Assembly (NCBI GenBank): GCA_963777605.1
Contig: CAVZRV010000031.1
Location: 128,001 to 192,000, forward strand
DNA length: 64,000 nucleotides
Source: an uncultured Acidobacteriota bacterium
GTDB lineage: Bacteria > Acidobacteriota > UBA6911 > RPQK01 > JAPXNP01
Direction: 5' to 3'
Position 1 is the first letter of the stretch. Each line of letters starts with the position of its first letter. Under the pieces are notes generated by a model, which had not been told where the DNA came from, searched no databases, and was given only the letters and a program-made list of their open reading frames with translations. This document shows positions 10,046 through 20,863 of this stretch, piece after piece. The position numbers and the translations under genes are program-made.

Positions 10046-10540
10046 GTGAACCGACTACGAGCGATCAGATTTCTTCTGATTATTGTCTTCTGTGCGGCCT
10101 GTACTCCAAATCAGAAGAATTCCCTGATTGAGCGAAACAAGGAACTCGTTCTCACCATGAATCATGAAGTGTGGAACGAAGGAAACCTGGCGGTGATCGA
10201 AGAGCTCTTTTCACCCGATTTTGTCCAGCACTTCCTGCCTGACGGTTCTGACTTAAAGGGCATCATTGCCTTGCGCGAGGAAATAACGAAGCACAGGGAG
10301 GCATTTCCAGATTGGAGCGAACATATCAACCATATTGTGGCAGAGGATGATCTTGTAGTTATACAGTTCGAGTCATCTGGGACCAATCTTGGAAGTTGGC
10401 TCGGCCACCCTCCAGCCGGCAAGAAAGTGCGGATAAACGAATTTTCCATACTGAGGGTCGACAACGGCAAAATCGTCGAGCAGTGGTTGATGCCCGACCT
10501 ATTCAATCTGCGACAACAACTCGGCGTTGATAACCGATGA
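10046..10540 (+). CDS. SnoaL-like ester cyclase family protein, possible lipoprotein
   Basis: VWNEGNL..EELFSPDFVQH, AFPD, AEDDLVV, GKIVEQW; hydrophobic N-terminus ending CAAC; GTG start with AGGAGA RBS. Confidence 0.8.
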   Translation: MNRLRAIRFLLIIVFCAACTPNQKNSLIERNKELVLTMNHEVWNEGNLAVIEELFSPDFVQHFLPDGSDLKGIIALREEITKHREAFPDWSEHINHIVAEDDLVVIQFESSGTNLGSWLGHPPAGKKVRINEFSILRVDNGKIVEQWLMPDLFNLRQQLGVDNR

Positions 10541-10779
10541 GAAGCGTGAACAGTTCGTCAGAAGTGACATGGCTGGCCGGGCTTGTCCGCGCTTCGGCTT
10601 CACGTTGAGCTGCGGGGCGGGCAACCTCCGGAACTCGCTGCTCCTCAGGGTTGTGCCCAAATCGTGCCCGCGAGGATCTCATCTAGTCTCACTCAATCCG
10701 ACTCCAGCCAAAGGTCAGCGCAAAAGCCGACGCAGATTCTCTTTATTTTTCAATGGCTTACAGAATCAGGCGACAAGGT

Positions 10780-10823
10780 TTCTAATCCGTAGGCCGCGCG
10801 TTCGAATCGCGCCGGGCGCGCCA
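10780..10823 (+). tRNA. 3' half of tRNA-Arg(UCU), an att-site duplication rather than a functional tRNA
   Basis: TTCTAATCCGTAGGCCGCGCGTTCGAATCGCGCCGGGCGCGCCA gives anticodon loop, T-arm, acceptor 3' strand and CCA; 5' half absent. Confidence 0.85.
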
Positions 10824-10856
10824 CTTTCCCGCGGTTGGGTGCTTCTGGGTGCGCGT

Positions 10857-11115
10857 TCACTTTTCCTTGACCTCCGGAATTTCCGCATCGAGCCGATCCA
10901 CTTTCCGGGCGTTCGACTCCTGAATCCAGTGGGTGTACGTATCCAGGGTCATCGTGTTCTTGCTGTGGCCGAGTTGCCTCGAGACGTAGAACACGTTCGC
11001 GCCGGACAGGAGCATATGGGTCGCGTAGGTGTGTCTCAGGTGATGAATCCCTCTCGGACGGACCTCCGCTTTCTTGAGGAGAAGGTCCCAGCACTTGTGT
11101 CGAAAATTGGCATAC
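10857..11115 (-). pseudogene. Tyrosine integrase C-terminal fragment
   Basis: IHHLRHTYAT, RQLGH, TLDTYTH catalytic motifs; ends 33 bp from the tRNA fragment. Confidence 0.85.
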
Positions 11116-11386
11116 CTCGACGGAGCACAGAACATTACCCTGGTTGGCTCCCAAACGGCGGGGATAGACGGGAACACCACGCGGTTAGCGCTTGCCCGAT
11201 GGTGGACAAATGGTCTTCACGGGGATGCGCGTTCTTTTCGGCGACCACCGGCAATTCGAAAGGATAGGGATCACGCCGGATGGCGAAGTCAAACCCACCA
11301 TCGAAGGATTGCGTAATGGTGTCGATAAGGTGCTCGAAAAGGCAGCCCAAGTGCTGAAGGAGAACTCGGCGAGTCAAGGCAACTGA
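11112..11386 (+). pseudogene. S41 family peptidase C-terminal fragment
   Basis: LVGSQTAGIDGN / LPDGGQMVFTG..GITPD.EVKPTIEGLRNGVDKVLEKA, with one frameshift. Confidence 0.65.
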
Positions 11387-11406
11387 AATGAACCAGGGAG
11401 GAGACC

Positions 11407-11560
11407 TCAGTCGGAAGCCGGTGGCTCCTGGAGTTCCAGGATCCGCGAGTAGGCGAGATCGGCGACCTTGGCGAGGGCGAGGAGGTCGGCGCGGCTGAAG
11501 CTGCGCGAAAACTTCCACGAGTCGCCGTCCTTATAGAGGCGCTCGCAGGTGACCGATTGT
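11407..11560 (-). pseudogene. Fragment of small mobile-element-associated hypothetical protein
   Basis: VTCERLYKDGDSWKFSRSFSRADLLALAKVAD pattern; N-terminus missing. Confidence 0.4.
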
Positions 11561-11661
11561 CGGATACCTCCCGAATTTTTGTTCGTCCAGCAAGGCCCGT
11601 GCATTCGTCGAAACAACTCGGCTATCTTGCTCTGAATTCCTAAAGTGTATACAGTCTACAG

Positions 11662-12343
11662 ATGAATGCGGCGACTACAACAGCCGTGCCCCTGAAGCAG
11701 GTGAATATCAGCGAGGCTGCGGCGGACGCTGTCCGCGAGATGATCATTGACGGCCGGCTTGCCCCGGGCGCGCGGGTCAATGAAGTGCGTCTTGCCGCGG
11801 CGCTAGGCGTGTCGAGGACGCCGCTGCGCGAGGGACTCCGACTTCTCGCCGCTGAAGGCGCACTCGACGCCGCGCCACGCCGCGGCTTTTTCGTCCGCTC
11901 CCTGACGGTGACAGAGCTTGAAGATCTGTACGCCATCCGGCCGTTGCTTGACCCCGAAGCATTGCGTCTGGCCGGCGTGCCGGCGCCGGCGCAAATCGCG
12001 CAGCTCGAAGAGCTCGATCGCACGCTTTCCTGCGGCGAAGGGCCCGAAAGCTGTGGACATCGACGATGAATGGCATCTTGCGCTTGTCGCCGGCTGTCCG
12101 AACCACGTCCTTTTCGACCTGATCAGGGGCATTATGGCGCGGACGCGCCGCTATGAACTTGCACTTGATGCGATCGAAGAAGGAACGTGCGGCGCGCCAG
12201 TGCGGATCATCAAGCCATCATCGCGCGCGCTGAAGGCGGGTGATCTTGAACGAGCGTGCGCAGCGCTAAAGTGCAACATGCGAAGCGGAAAGGCGCCGAT
12301 TATCGAATGGCTTGAAGAACGTGAGCGCGAGGGAACACGATGA
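11662..12343 (+). CDS. GntR (FadR/FCD) family regulator, frameshift near 12030
   Basis: GRLAPGARVNEVRLAAALGVSRTPLREGL HTH; DDEWHLALV FCD motif in the second frame. Confidence 0.85.
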
Positions 12344-14172
12344 GAATTTATTGTTCGCTTATCGGTCTTGGGTTGCTCATCGCCTCGACCGTCGGCGCAA
12401 CCAGCAGCAGCGGAAGACACCCTGATCGGACTTTGGGCGATGCGCGTTGAGTTCAGGCGGCAGGTGAGCGGCGATCTTGTCGTGCGCCGGACTCAAGGCG
12501 AATGGCGCGGCAGGGTCGGCGAGTTCGAAGCGCGGGCCGCACTTAACGGGGTGACGGTCCTCCTTGAATTCGCGGGCGGCTCCGGCGTCTTTCGGGGCAA
12601 GCTCACCGACGACGGAAGCGAGATTGACGGGTTTTGGCTCTCACAGCCTGGAGAGGCGAACGGTCTTCGTGATCCCGGCGGCACCGGCCAGCCATTTGTT
12701 TCGCCGCTCGTGCTGAATCGGGCGGACAAGAACCGCTGGAAAGGACGGATTCCTTCTTTCCCGGAGCAATTCTCTCTGTATCTCAAGGTATTCAAGAGGG
12801 ATGATGGAGCGCTTCGGGCCGCTTTCCGCAATCCGGAAGCAAACTCGATCGGTGGCGTCTCGAGATTTCTCATCAGGCGAAAGGGCGATGAAGTCGCGTT
12901 CGGCCTGCCCGGAGAGAATGGCGATTTTGACCTGAAAGGCGAGGCGCGCCTCCTTCACGGACCCGATAGAATCAGACTGTTCTGGCCCGACCTGAACGGA
13001 GAGATCGAGCTCCACCGCGCCAATGACAAGGAAGCGACGGGTTTTTGTCCTCGCCCGTCAAGGGAAACCCGGTATCGATACCGAAAACCCGCTGACCTTG
13101 GCGACGGCTGGAAAACGGCCCGCGCGAAAGACGTCGGCCTTGATGAAAAGGCGCTCGGAAAGGCGGTGCAGGCGATCGTCGACGCTGATCCGGCTGCGCT
13201 GCGGCCTCCTCTCATTCACTCGCTCCTGATCGCGCGGCGCGGCAAACTTGTGCTCGACGAGTATTTCTTCGGATTTGACGCAAAGACGCCGCATGATCTG
13301 CGTTCGGCCAGCAAGACCTTTTCATCGGTCATGTTAGGTGCGACGATGCGTGAAGGTGTCTCGATCTCCCCGGAGACAAAACTCTATGATCTCGTGGCAG
13401 ATATGGGACCGTTCGCGCATCCCGACGCCGGCAAGGCGAAGATCACGCTGGCTGATCTGATGACCCATACGTCCGGTCTCGCCTGCGATGATAATGACGA
13501 AGCTTCACCCGGCAATGAGGAAACGATGCAAAGCCAGGAAGAAGAGCCAAACTGGTGGAAATATGCGCTCGATTCTGCCGATGGCTCATGATCCCGGGGA
13601 GACCTATGCCTATTGTTCCGGCCGGCATGAACTTGATGGGGGCGGCCCTGAAGACAGCGACAGGAATCCCCGTTCCGACGCTCTTTGAACAGGCGATCGC
13701 TCGGCCGCTCAAATTCGGGCGATGGTACTGGAACCTGATGCCGAGCGGTGAGGGCTATCTCGGCGGCGGGGCCTATATACTGCCTCGCGATCTCCTGAAG
13801 CTTGGCCAGACCTATCTCGACGGTGGTGTCTGGAAAGGAACGCGCATCGTTAGCGCGAACTGGGTCAAGGAATCGACCACGCCGAAAATCGAAATTACGC
13901 CGGAGACGACAGGACTCTCGCCCGACGATTTTGCCAATGTCTATATCGGCGGTGCGGATGGCTTTGCCTGGCATCTAAATCCGGTGCATTCGCGCGAGCG
14001 AACCTACGCGGCCTATTCTGCGGCCGGGAACGGCGGCCAGCAATTGATCGTTGTTCCCGAGTTCGATCTTGTCGTTGTCTTCACCGGGGGGAACTACGGG
14101 CAAGGAAGCATTTGGCTGCGCTGGCGCGACGACATTGTCGGCGGCGAAATCATTCCGGCAATCAACAATTGA
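12340..14172 (+). CDS. Serine hydrolase, beta-lactamase class C family (frameshifted)
   Basis: RSASKT (SxxK), LMTHTSGL, YAYCS, PRDLLKLGQ, GNGGQ; split near 13570. Confidence 0.85.
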
Positions 14173-14282
14173 TCAGGTTAGACGAATCCCTCGTGGCCCT
14201 CTCCAAAGGATCGCTCACTCAACCGGAGCTTCGGCGGCGGGACTCTTGAAGGAAATCCACAGCGGGCCAACCAGCCGACGCA

Positions 14283-14666
14283 GGCACTGTCAAGTTGATG
14301 GGCTCGTTGAGAAAATACAGGAATGAACTCGCTCTTCAAAGGTCATCGTTTTCCTGCTGAGATCATTGGTTATGAAGATTCAGGGCCAACAGTTCTATCT
14401 TTGGAGAGCAGTCGATCAGGATGGCGATGTTCTCGACATCCTGGTAACCAGGAGGCGAAACACGAAAGCAGTTAAGCGGTTCTTCCGTAAGGTGTTGAAA
14501 GGACAAGGGAAACCGCCGTGGAAACGGATCACCGACAAGCTTAGCAGGCTACTCCGCGACAGAGCTTTCTCCCATTGGAGAGAGGTGACCTGCGCCCGCT
14601 GAGCAGCACTCTGCCGGGGCGTTTTCTGTCTCCAAATCTCATGGCCACCATTAACTTGACAGCGCC
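14283..14666 (+). mobile_element. Internally deleted IS6 derivative
   Basis: Left end GGCACTGTCAAGTTGA, right end TTAACTTGACAGCGCC; YLWRAVDQDGDVLDIL fragment. Confidence 0.85.
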
Positions 14667-14674
14667 ACCCAGTC

Positions 14675-16371
14675 TTATTTCGGATTGGACAAAGCGATCG
14701 AATCCTCGATGCCCTGGCCTTCAACAACGCGATAGATGTGTCCTCGCTTCACATGCTCGAGCGTCTGGTTCACGCCACTCGGCCATTTGAGAAGAATCCT
14801 GTCCGCTGTGTCACATTGCCCGAGACCCACGTGCAGGCGCAGATCATTGGCGGCGAGATAGCTTGCGGCAGATTTAACCTCCAATACCTGCTCGTGCCCA
14901 GAACATTGCACCTCAACGCGCGTCCCGATCCCATCGCGGTTGCTCTTCGTTCCCTCCAGTTTCAGAAGGAAGGAGCCCTGCCGCTGCCCGACATCGTTCC
15001 GAAGAATGGATGGCGCGCTGTCGCTGTTGTTTATGACCACATCGACGTCCCCATCATTATCCAAATCACCGAACGCAGCCCCTCGGCCAACCGTACGCTG
15101 ACTCAACGCCCCCCAGGTTCGTCGGTGACAAGATCGAAGCCGTCCCCGTCATTGTGGAACAACAAGGTCGGACCGTCGTGAGTACGGTCCGGTCGGTAAC
15201 GTTCGATGTCGTCGAGGATGTGCCCGGTGACGCCGAGAATATCTAACCTCCCATCATTGTCATAATCAAAGAATTTAAGGCCGAATATCACATACTGAAA
15301 GGAAGGTTCCAGCACACCAACCAAGCCGGCCTGATCTTCAAAGAACTTGGCCTCGTAGCTTTCAAACACCGCAATGCCCTCATCGGAGAAATTTGAGACG
15401 ATGAGGTCGAGCCAACCATCCTGGTTGAAGTCTCCGAAGTCGGTCCCCATCCCGGCCCGGCGCGTACCATCCATGCTGTAACTGACACCATAAATGGAAC
15501 CCATCTCCTGGAACGTCCCATCTCCCTTGTTCTCAAACAGAAAGTCCTTGTGGCGATCATTCGCGACGAAGATATCGATCCATCCGTCGCGGTTGAAATC
15601 ACCAATCGTGACGCCGAGGCCCTTTGCCTTCGCAGAACTCACGCCGGCGTCACTCGACACATCCGTGAAGGTACCGTCGCGATTATTACGATAAAGAAGA
15701 TCAGGTATCGGAGGAAAGAGATCAGGGAGACAATAGCTTCGCCACCCGGCGCTCTCGTTGCCGCAGAAGGGACCCTTCGCGACTTCCCACTCGAGATAGC
15801 GGCATACGTACAGATCCAAGAAACCGTCGTTATCGTAGTCGAGAAAGGCCGCACTTGTGCTCCACTTCCCTCCCTTAACGCCTGCCTCTCCTGTAACATC
15901 ACGGAATCTTCCGTTACCCAAATTCTGAAAGAGCTGATTCGGACCGAACTTCGTCACATAAATATCCACGTCGCCGTCGTTGTCGTAGTCGCCGACAGCA
16001 GCGCCGAAACAATACCCGGCCGATTCGAGTCCAGCTTCTTCAGTGACATCCACAAACCTGAAGTTCCCGTCATTTCTATAGAGGCGGTTGGCGTATTCAG
16101 GGCCTGCCTTGCGGAGTGAAGGAATCTCGGCTCCATTCAGAAAATAGAGATCCAAATCTCCGTCACCATCGTAATCGAACAGGGCACAACCGGACGCAAA
16201 CGGCTCGATGAGCTCTTTTGTGCCCGCAGCCCCGGTATGGTGCCTGAATTGATAACCGTGCAAGGCTCCGGTCATGTCGGAGAAGATCGTTCTGTCGGCG
16301 GGAAAAACCTCCGGGAAATACAGGGCACTGAGGAACAGTAGAAGTGCAGAGAGTCTCCAGCGATAAGACAT
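14675..16371 (-). CDS. CRTAC1 family protein (FG-GAP repeats plus ASPIC/UnbV), frameshift near 15105
   Basis: Signal peptide, repeated DYDxDGDxD motifs, SNRDGIG..RLHVGLG UnbV domain. Confidence 0.9.
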
Positions 16372-16469
16372 TCCTCAATCCCTTCGATCACTGTGCTTCA
16401 AGGTTGTGCCAGCTCTGTACGAGATTGCTCTGCTCCTCGGTGAAGGTCACGTTCACTCTCAGAACTCTT

Positions 16470-17510
16470 CTACGGTAAACCAAAGGTCAATCGAGTCATC
16501 GCTGGGCAATCACTGAGCTTGTGAGTTGCCTCGTAGCGATCTAATTTACCAAGGAAGTCCGCCCACATTCGATCTTCATCCACATCCGTGATCCAAGAGA
16601 CCGTCTGACCGGTCTCGGACATCTGGAAAGACAGGTCATCCATCAGTTGTGGCCGAGGATGAGTGACCGAAGAGGCCATTCCCATAAGGTAGGCGAGGGT
16701 AATATTGTCCCAGATGATCCACGGGCGTGAAAAATCATCCTGGCGCAAGGGTTTGATGAAACGATAATACCACCCTTGAAACTCGGTCCACAGCCATTTG
16801 CCAATCGGGCCGCGATCCTTGAGCATGGCTCCCGCCTCTTTGAGGCTGAGAGCCAGATTCTGGCGGCAAACATCACCGGCCCCGACCACGAGGGGTACGG
16901 GAGAGGCCAAGATCAATTGCATTGCCGCAGGGTCGTTCTGAATATTAAATTCCTGTCCCTGCGGAGGCTTGTCCCAGCTGCTGAAACCCATGTCTACAAT
17001 CCGGATGCGATGGACAATAGCGGGATCCTTCAGGATGGCCGACGCGATATCGGTCGCTGCCCCTATGGCCACCACCTGCAAGCGATTGGAAGCATCGAAG
17101 GGCTTGGACGCTTCGATCAAAAACTCCATCCCCGCGCTCTGCCTGGGAGTCTTTCGATCCTCGAGAGGAGAATCCGCACCGGCGAAGAGCGGAGGGTGTT
17201 CGGTCATGTTGAGTCGTTGCTCCACGATGTGACGCAGAATTCCATAGCTGGTCTGCCCGGCTGGTGAAGCTATGCTGGGGGCATGGGCGGAGATAATGCC
17301 CTTTACGTCGAACTCAGGGCTTAGCAGCAAATAGACAATCGCCCACTGATCGTCCACTTCATTGCCGACATCAGTCGAAAGGACGACCGGGATTCTTTCA
17401 GCACCCAGAACCTGTCCGGTGCTAATCCAGGCAAATAAGGCAAGAGCGAAGAACAGTGAGATAAGCTTGGTCGGCCGTGTTGAGGAATTGGGAGAAATGT
17501 TGGACATCAT
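16470..17510 (-). CDS. Exported nucleoside hydrolase (IU-NH family)
   Basis: STDVGNEVDDQWA, IGAATDIA, EFNIQNDP, WIIWD; N-terminal signal peptide. Confidence 0.85.
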   Translation of the reverse strand: MMSNISPNSSTRPTKLISLFFALALFAWISTGQVLGAERIPVVLSTDVGNEVDDQWAIVYLLLSPEFDVKGIISAHAPSIASPAGQTSYGILRHIVEQRLNMTEHPPLFAGADSPLEDRKTPRQSAGMEFLIEASKPFDASNRLQVVAIGAATDIASAILKDPAIVHRIRIVDMGFSSWDKPPQGQEFNIQNDPAAMQLILASPVPLVVGAGDVCRQNLALSLKEAGAMLKDRGPIGKWLWTEFQGWYYRFIKPLRQDDFSRPWIIWDNITLAYLMGMASSVTHPRPQLMDDLSFQMSETGQTVSWITDVDEDRMWADFLGKLDRYEATHKLSDCPAMTRLTFGLP

Positions 17511-17745
17511 AATAACTCGCATTCTACCATCAGACGGGGCATTGACTTTCACGAAAAAGGTTCCCTGGGACAGAGTTTCCAGGATCGTATGATCGCACAC
17601 GAAAAGGAGTACATGGCCAAGGCTCTGCGACGTAATGAAGGCGCTGCCATGGAAATGACTCTCTCGTTCAATCTTGCACTCATGTCTTTCGGATAACCAT
17701 GTATCTCCGGCCACCTAGGCGCGTCGAGAAGAAAGAGAGAACTCG

Positions 17746-18663
17746 CTATTTCGTATAGAAATCGGCCAACTGTGCTCGTGTTGGCAGTGATGGCTGCGCG
17801 CCCAGGCGGGTCACCGAGAAGGCCGCGACCCGATTGGCAAACCTGATGGCCTCACTTATGACCAAACCCTCAGCAAGCCCGCAAGCCAAAGCTCCGTTGA
17901 ACGCGTCTCCGGCTGCAGTGGTATCGACCGCCTTGATGCGGACCGATGGAATCTGTTCGCAGTCATCTTTCGTCACCAGAAAGCACCCTTCAGAACCCTT
18001 TGTGATGATGACTTGCCCGACGCCTCTACCGATCAGATAAGCGCCGGCATCTCTCGCCGTCCTGAGATCCGTGGGCTTGACACCAGTGAGGTTTTCAATC
18101 TCCGTTTCATTCGGTGTTATTACCGAAATGTCTCTGAGAAGCTCATCATCAAGATCTCGAGCGGGTGCGGGGTTGAGGATGACTCTAACCCCGGCCTCGC
18201 GGGCGAGTCTCGCAGCATGTTTTACGGTTTCCAGGGGGATCTCCAATTGCGTCAACAACACGGAGGCGGTGCTGATCGCGTGCTTCGCCCGGTCAACATC
18301 TGCAGGACTTAGGTGACTGTTTGCACCGGAAGCCACGGCAATGACATTCTCACCTTGGCGATCAACCAGAATCAAAGCAACTCCAGAAGGATGAGATTGG
18401 TCCTGAACTATGAAATCTGTACAGAGACCCTCGTCTCTGAAACCCTGAAGCCCCCGATCACCAAAAATGTCCGAACCGACCCGGGCCAGGAAAATTACTT
18501 CGGCTCCCAATCGTGAAGCAGCCACGGCTTGGTTGGCACCTTTCCCTCCCGCCACCATGACAAACTCCTCCCCTAAGAGGGTTTCCCCTGCGACAGGAAG
18601 TCTGGGAAGCTTGACCACCATGTCGGTATTGGAACTCCCGGCAACCACGATTTTCGGTCTCAT
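17746..18663 (-). CDS. rbsK: Ribokinase
   Basis: GSSNTD, GGKGANQA, NPAPA, PNETE, DTTAAGDAF PfkB motifs. Confidence 0.95.
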   Translation of the reverse strand: MRPKIVVAGSSNTDMVVKLPRLPVAGETLLGEEFVMVAGGKGANQAVAASRLGAEVIFLARVGSDIFGDRGLQGFRDEGLCTDFIVQDQSHPSGVALILVDRQGENVIAVASGANSHLSPADVDRAKHAISTASVLLTQLEIPLETVKHAARLAREAGVRVILNPAPARDLDDELLRDISVITPNETEIENLTGVKPTDLRTARDAGAYLIGRGVGQVIITKGSEGCFLVTKDDCEQIPSVRIKAVDTTAAGDAFNGALACGLAEGLVISEAIRFANRVAAFSVTRLGAQPSLPTRAQLADFYTK

Positions 18664-18737
18664 GTTTCCTCCATTAAGAACACTGGATTACCATCCTCAG
18701 AGCCGCAAATGAGTTGCTCTCAATCGTGCTCGCAACA

Positions 18738-19694
18738 TCACTTCGGCCCAGAGGCGGCGCCTCGGAACACAAGTTTCCAGTGATCGGATAAGGTCGGCTC
18801 CGTATCCGTTCCTTGCCGATCTAAATACTCCAGATGGCCGCGTGCGTCCTGAGTTCTTCCCATTCGGATCAGTGTTTTCCCCAACTGGTACTGCGTGGGC
18901 CCATCCTCAGGATTGAGTTCGACAGCCCTCTCAGCCGTCCTCAGAGCATCATCCGTTTGTCCCAGCGCAAGGAAAGCTTGGCTCAAATACCTACAGACCT
19001 CTGCTGAGCCATTCTCCACCGCTTCTGCAGCTTGAAACTCGGCCAATGCTTCCGTCCAATCTCGATGCAATGCATAAATCTTTCCCAGTTGGAAATGACA
19101 GTAGAAGTCCTCAGGCGAACGCTTCAAACCTTCCTGGTAGGCAACCTTGGCCTCGTCGAAATGGCCGTATGCGTGATGTGTCAAGCCCATGTAATACCAT
19201 GACTGAACGTCGTCTGGGCTCAACTCCAGCGCCTTTGCGAAACATGCAATTGCACCGGCGCCATCGCGCTCATCCAACTTTATCAGTCCCAACATTCGAT
19301 AGACCTCGGGCGTCTCCTCGTAATGTAAAACATTGGTCAGAACCTGAATTGCCTGAGCACGCTCACCTCTGCCGAGACAGAAACGGGCCAGATTGACAGC
19401 AAAAAGAGAATTCCCGGGCGACAACTCCAAAGACCTTGTGAGGTTCTTGAGCGCCTCTTGATCGTCGCCCTGCACGGCAAAGGTCAACCCGAGAAGGTGG
19501 TGGGCGGCAGCGTCTCGAGGTTCCTGTTGCAGGTACACTTGAAGCCGCCGCACGACCTCCTCGTAGTGTCCGTTTCGAAACTCGGACAGGGCATCGTGGA
19601 TGACATCGGCATCCTGGCGTGCAAGCAACCCATCGAAGGCAATACCGACTATCACAATGAAGATGGAGACTATGCAACGGTGTACTGACAACAC
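18738..19694 (-). CDS. Exported TPR repeat protein
   Basis: Multiple TPR motifs (AHHLLG, ALELSP, QYQLG); signal peptide. Confidence 0.85.
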   Translation of the reverse strand: MLSVHRCIVSIFIVIVGIAFDGLLARQDADVIHDALSEFRNGHYEEVVRRLQVYLQQEPRDAAAHHLLGLTFAVQGDDQEALKNLTRSLELSPGNSLFAVNLARFCLGRGERAQAIQVLTNVLHYEETPEVYRMLGLIKLDERDGAGAIACFAKALELSPDDVQSWYYMGLTHHAYGHFDEAKVAYQEGLKRSPEDFYCHFQLGKIYALHRDWTEALAEFQAAEAVENGSAEVCRYLSQAFLALGQTDDALRTAERAVELNPEDGPTQYQLGKTLIRMGRTQDARGHLEYLDRQGTDTEPTLSDHWKLVFRGAASGPK

Positions 19695-19708
19695 AATCCT
19701 GCCTAATG

Positions 19709-20863
19709 CTATGGTTCCGCAACGGACCGGTTCTTATCGGCGATGATATCCTGCTCTTCCTGCTGGTGCTTGGCTTTGAGCTTCTGAAACAACTGAAACT
19801 CGGAACGCGCGCGCTCGGTGCTACCAATCTGGCTGTAGATTTGAGACAGCATATCGTGCGGTTGCTCCCTTTCCGGGTCCAGGGTGGCTGCCCGATCCAG
19901 GCTCTCAATGGCGGAGTCAAGGTCCCCTCGTGCCCGAAAGACCGAAGCTAAATCAATATGAGCATCAACCAGATCCGGGCGGATCTCAAGAGCTCGCCTC
20001 AAATGGCGTTCCGCATCGTCAAACTTGCGCAACCCTAAATAGACTGCTCCGAGAAGATAGTTCGACATGGGATCATTGGGACTAAGCTCCAGCTCCGCCT
20101 GAAGGTGCTTTAGAGCGTCATCGAGCCGTTGGTTCTCCCAGTAGACTTCGGCAAGAGAATAGTGGAGTCCCGGTACTCCCGGATTATCGGCGATCGCCTT
20201 TAAATACTCTGCAATCGCCGGTTCGATGTGGCCCTGGCTTCGCAGGAGCTCCGCCTGAAGTTGCCGCAATCGGTAGGAGCGGGGAGAAATTCGCTTGAGT
20301 TCCTCGAAGGTTTGAATTGCGAGAAGCATCGAAGCTTGACCCTTGTAGTACAAGGCATCGACACTGCCGGGCTCCTTCTTGAGCCACTCAGCAAGAAAGG
20401 GAATGGCCTTCTCGAATTCACCCGTCTTCACCAGAGCCACGGCGAAGTGCTGAAGGAAGACAGGATCTCGATCCTCAAGGTCGGGCAGTCCTTGAAGAAC
20501 CTCAACACACTTCTTAAACTGGCTCAGGTTGAAGAGCGTTAAGCCAACGAGTCCGCGGGCCGAGGTGAGTGAAGGATTGAGTTCAACCGCTTTGGAGAGG
20601 TGGTCAAGAGCCTGCTGATACTTCTGTTGCATATAAAGAGCCAGGCCAAGATTCGCGTGCACCTCAGCCACGTAAGGTCTCGCCGCAACAATCTTTTCAA
20701 GCGCAGCCTGGGCTTCTGCAAAGTCTTCGGACTGAAGCGCCCGCTGAGCCTCTTCCGATAGGAGTTGAAGTTCCGGATCGCTCTGAGCGCTGGCTGTTCC
20801 GACCCAAGGACTCGTCAGCAAGAGGATACAAATATATGACCCTATGGCCGTCCATCGAATCAT
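19709..20863 (-). CDS. Exported TPR repeat protein
   Basis: VHANLGLALY, AVELNP, LHYSLA motifs; signal peptide. Confidence 0.85.
   Translation of the reverse strand: MIRWTAIGSYICILLLTSPWVGTASAQSDPELQLLSEEAQRALQSEDFAEAQAALEKIVAARPYVAEVHANLGLALYMQQKYQQALDHLSKAVELNPSLTSARGLVGLTLFNLSQFKKCVEVLQGLPDLEDRDPVFLQHFAVALVKTGEFEKAIPFLAEWLKKEPGSVDALYYKGQASMLLAIQTFEELKRISPRSYRLRQLQAELLRSQGHIEPAIAEYLKAIADNPGVPGLHYSLAEVYWENQRLDDALKHLQAELELSPNDPMSNYLLGAVYLGLRKFDDAERHLRRALEIRPDLVDAHIDLASVFRARGDLDSAIESLDRAATLDPEREQPHDMLSQIYSQIGSTERARSEFQLFQKLKAKHQQEEQDIIADKNRSVAEP

Noticed and set aside
10750-10823. Complete tRNA gene
   Set aside because: No D-arm or 5' acceptor strand; only the 3' half is present
12340-14172. 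Antibiotic-resistance beta-lactamase
   Set aside because: Generic SxxK serine hydrolase with an extra N-terminal domain; no evidence of true beta-lactamase activity
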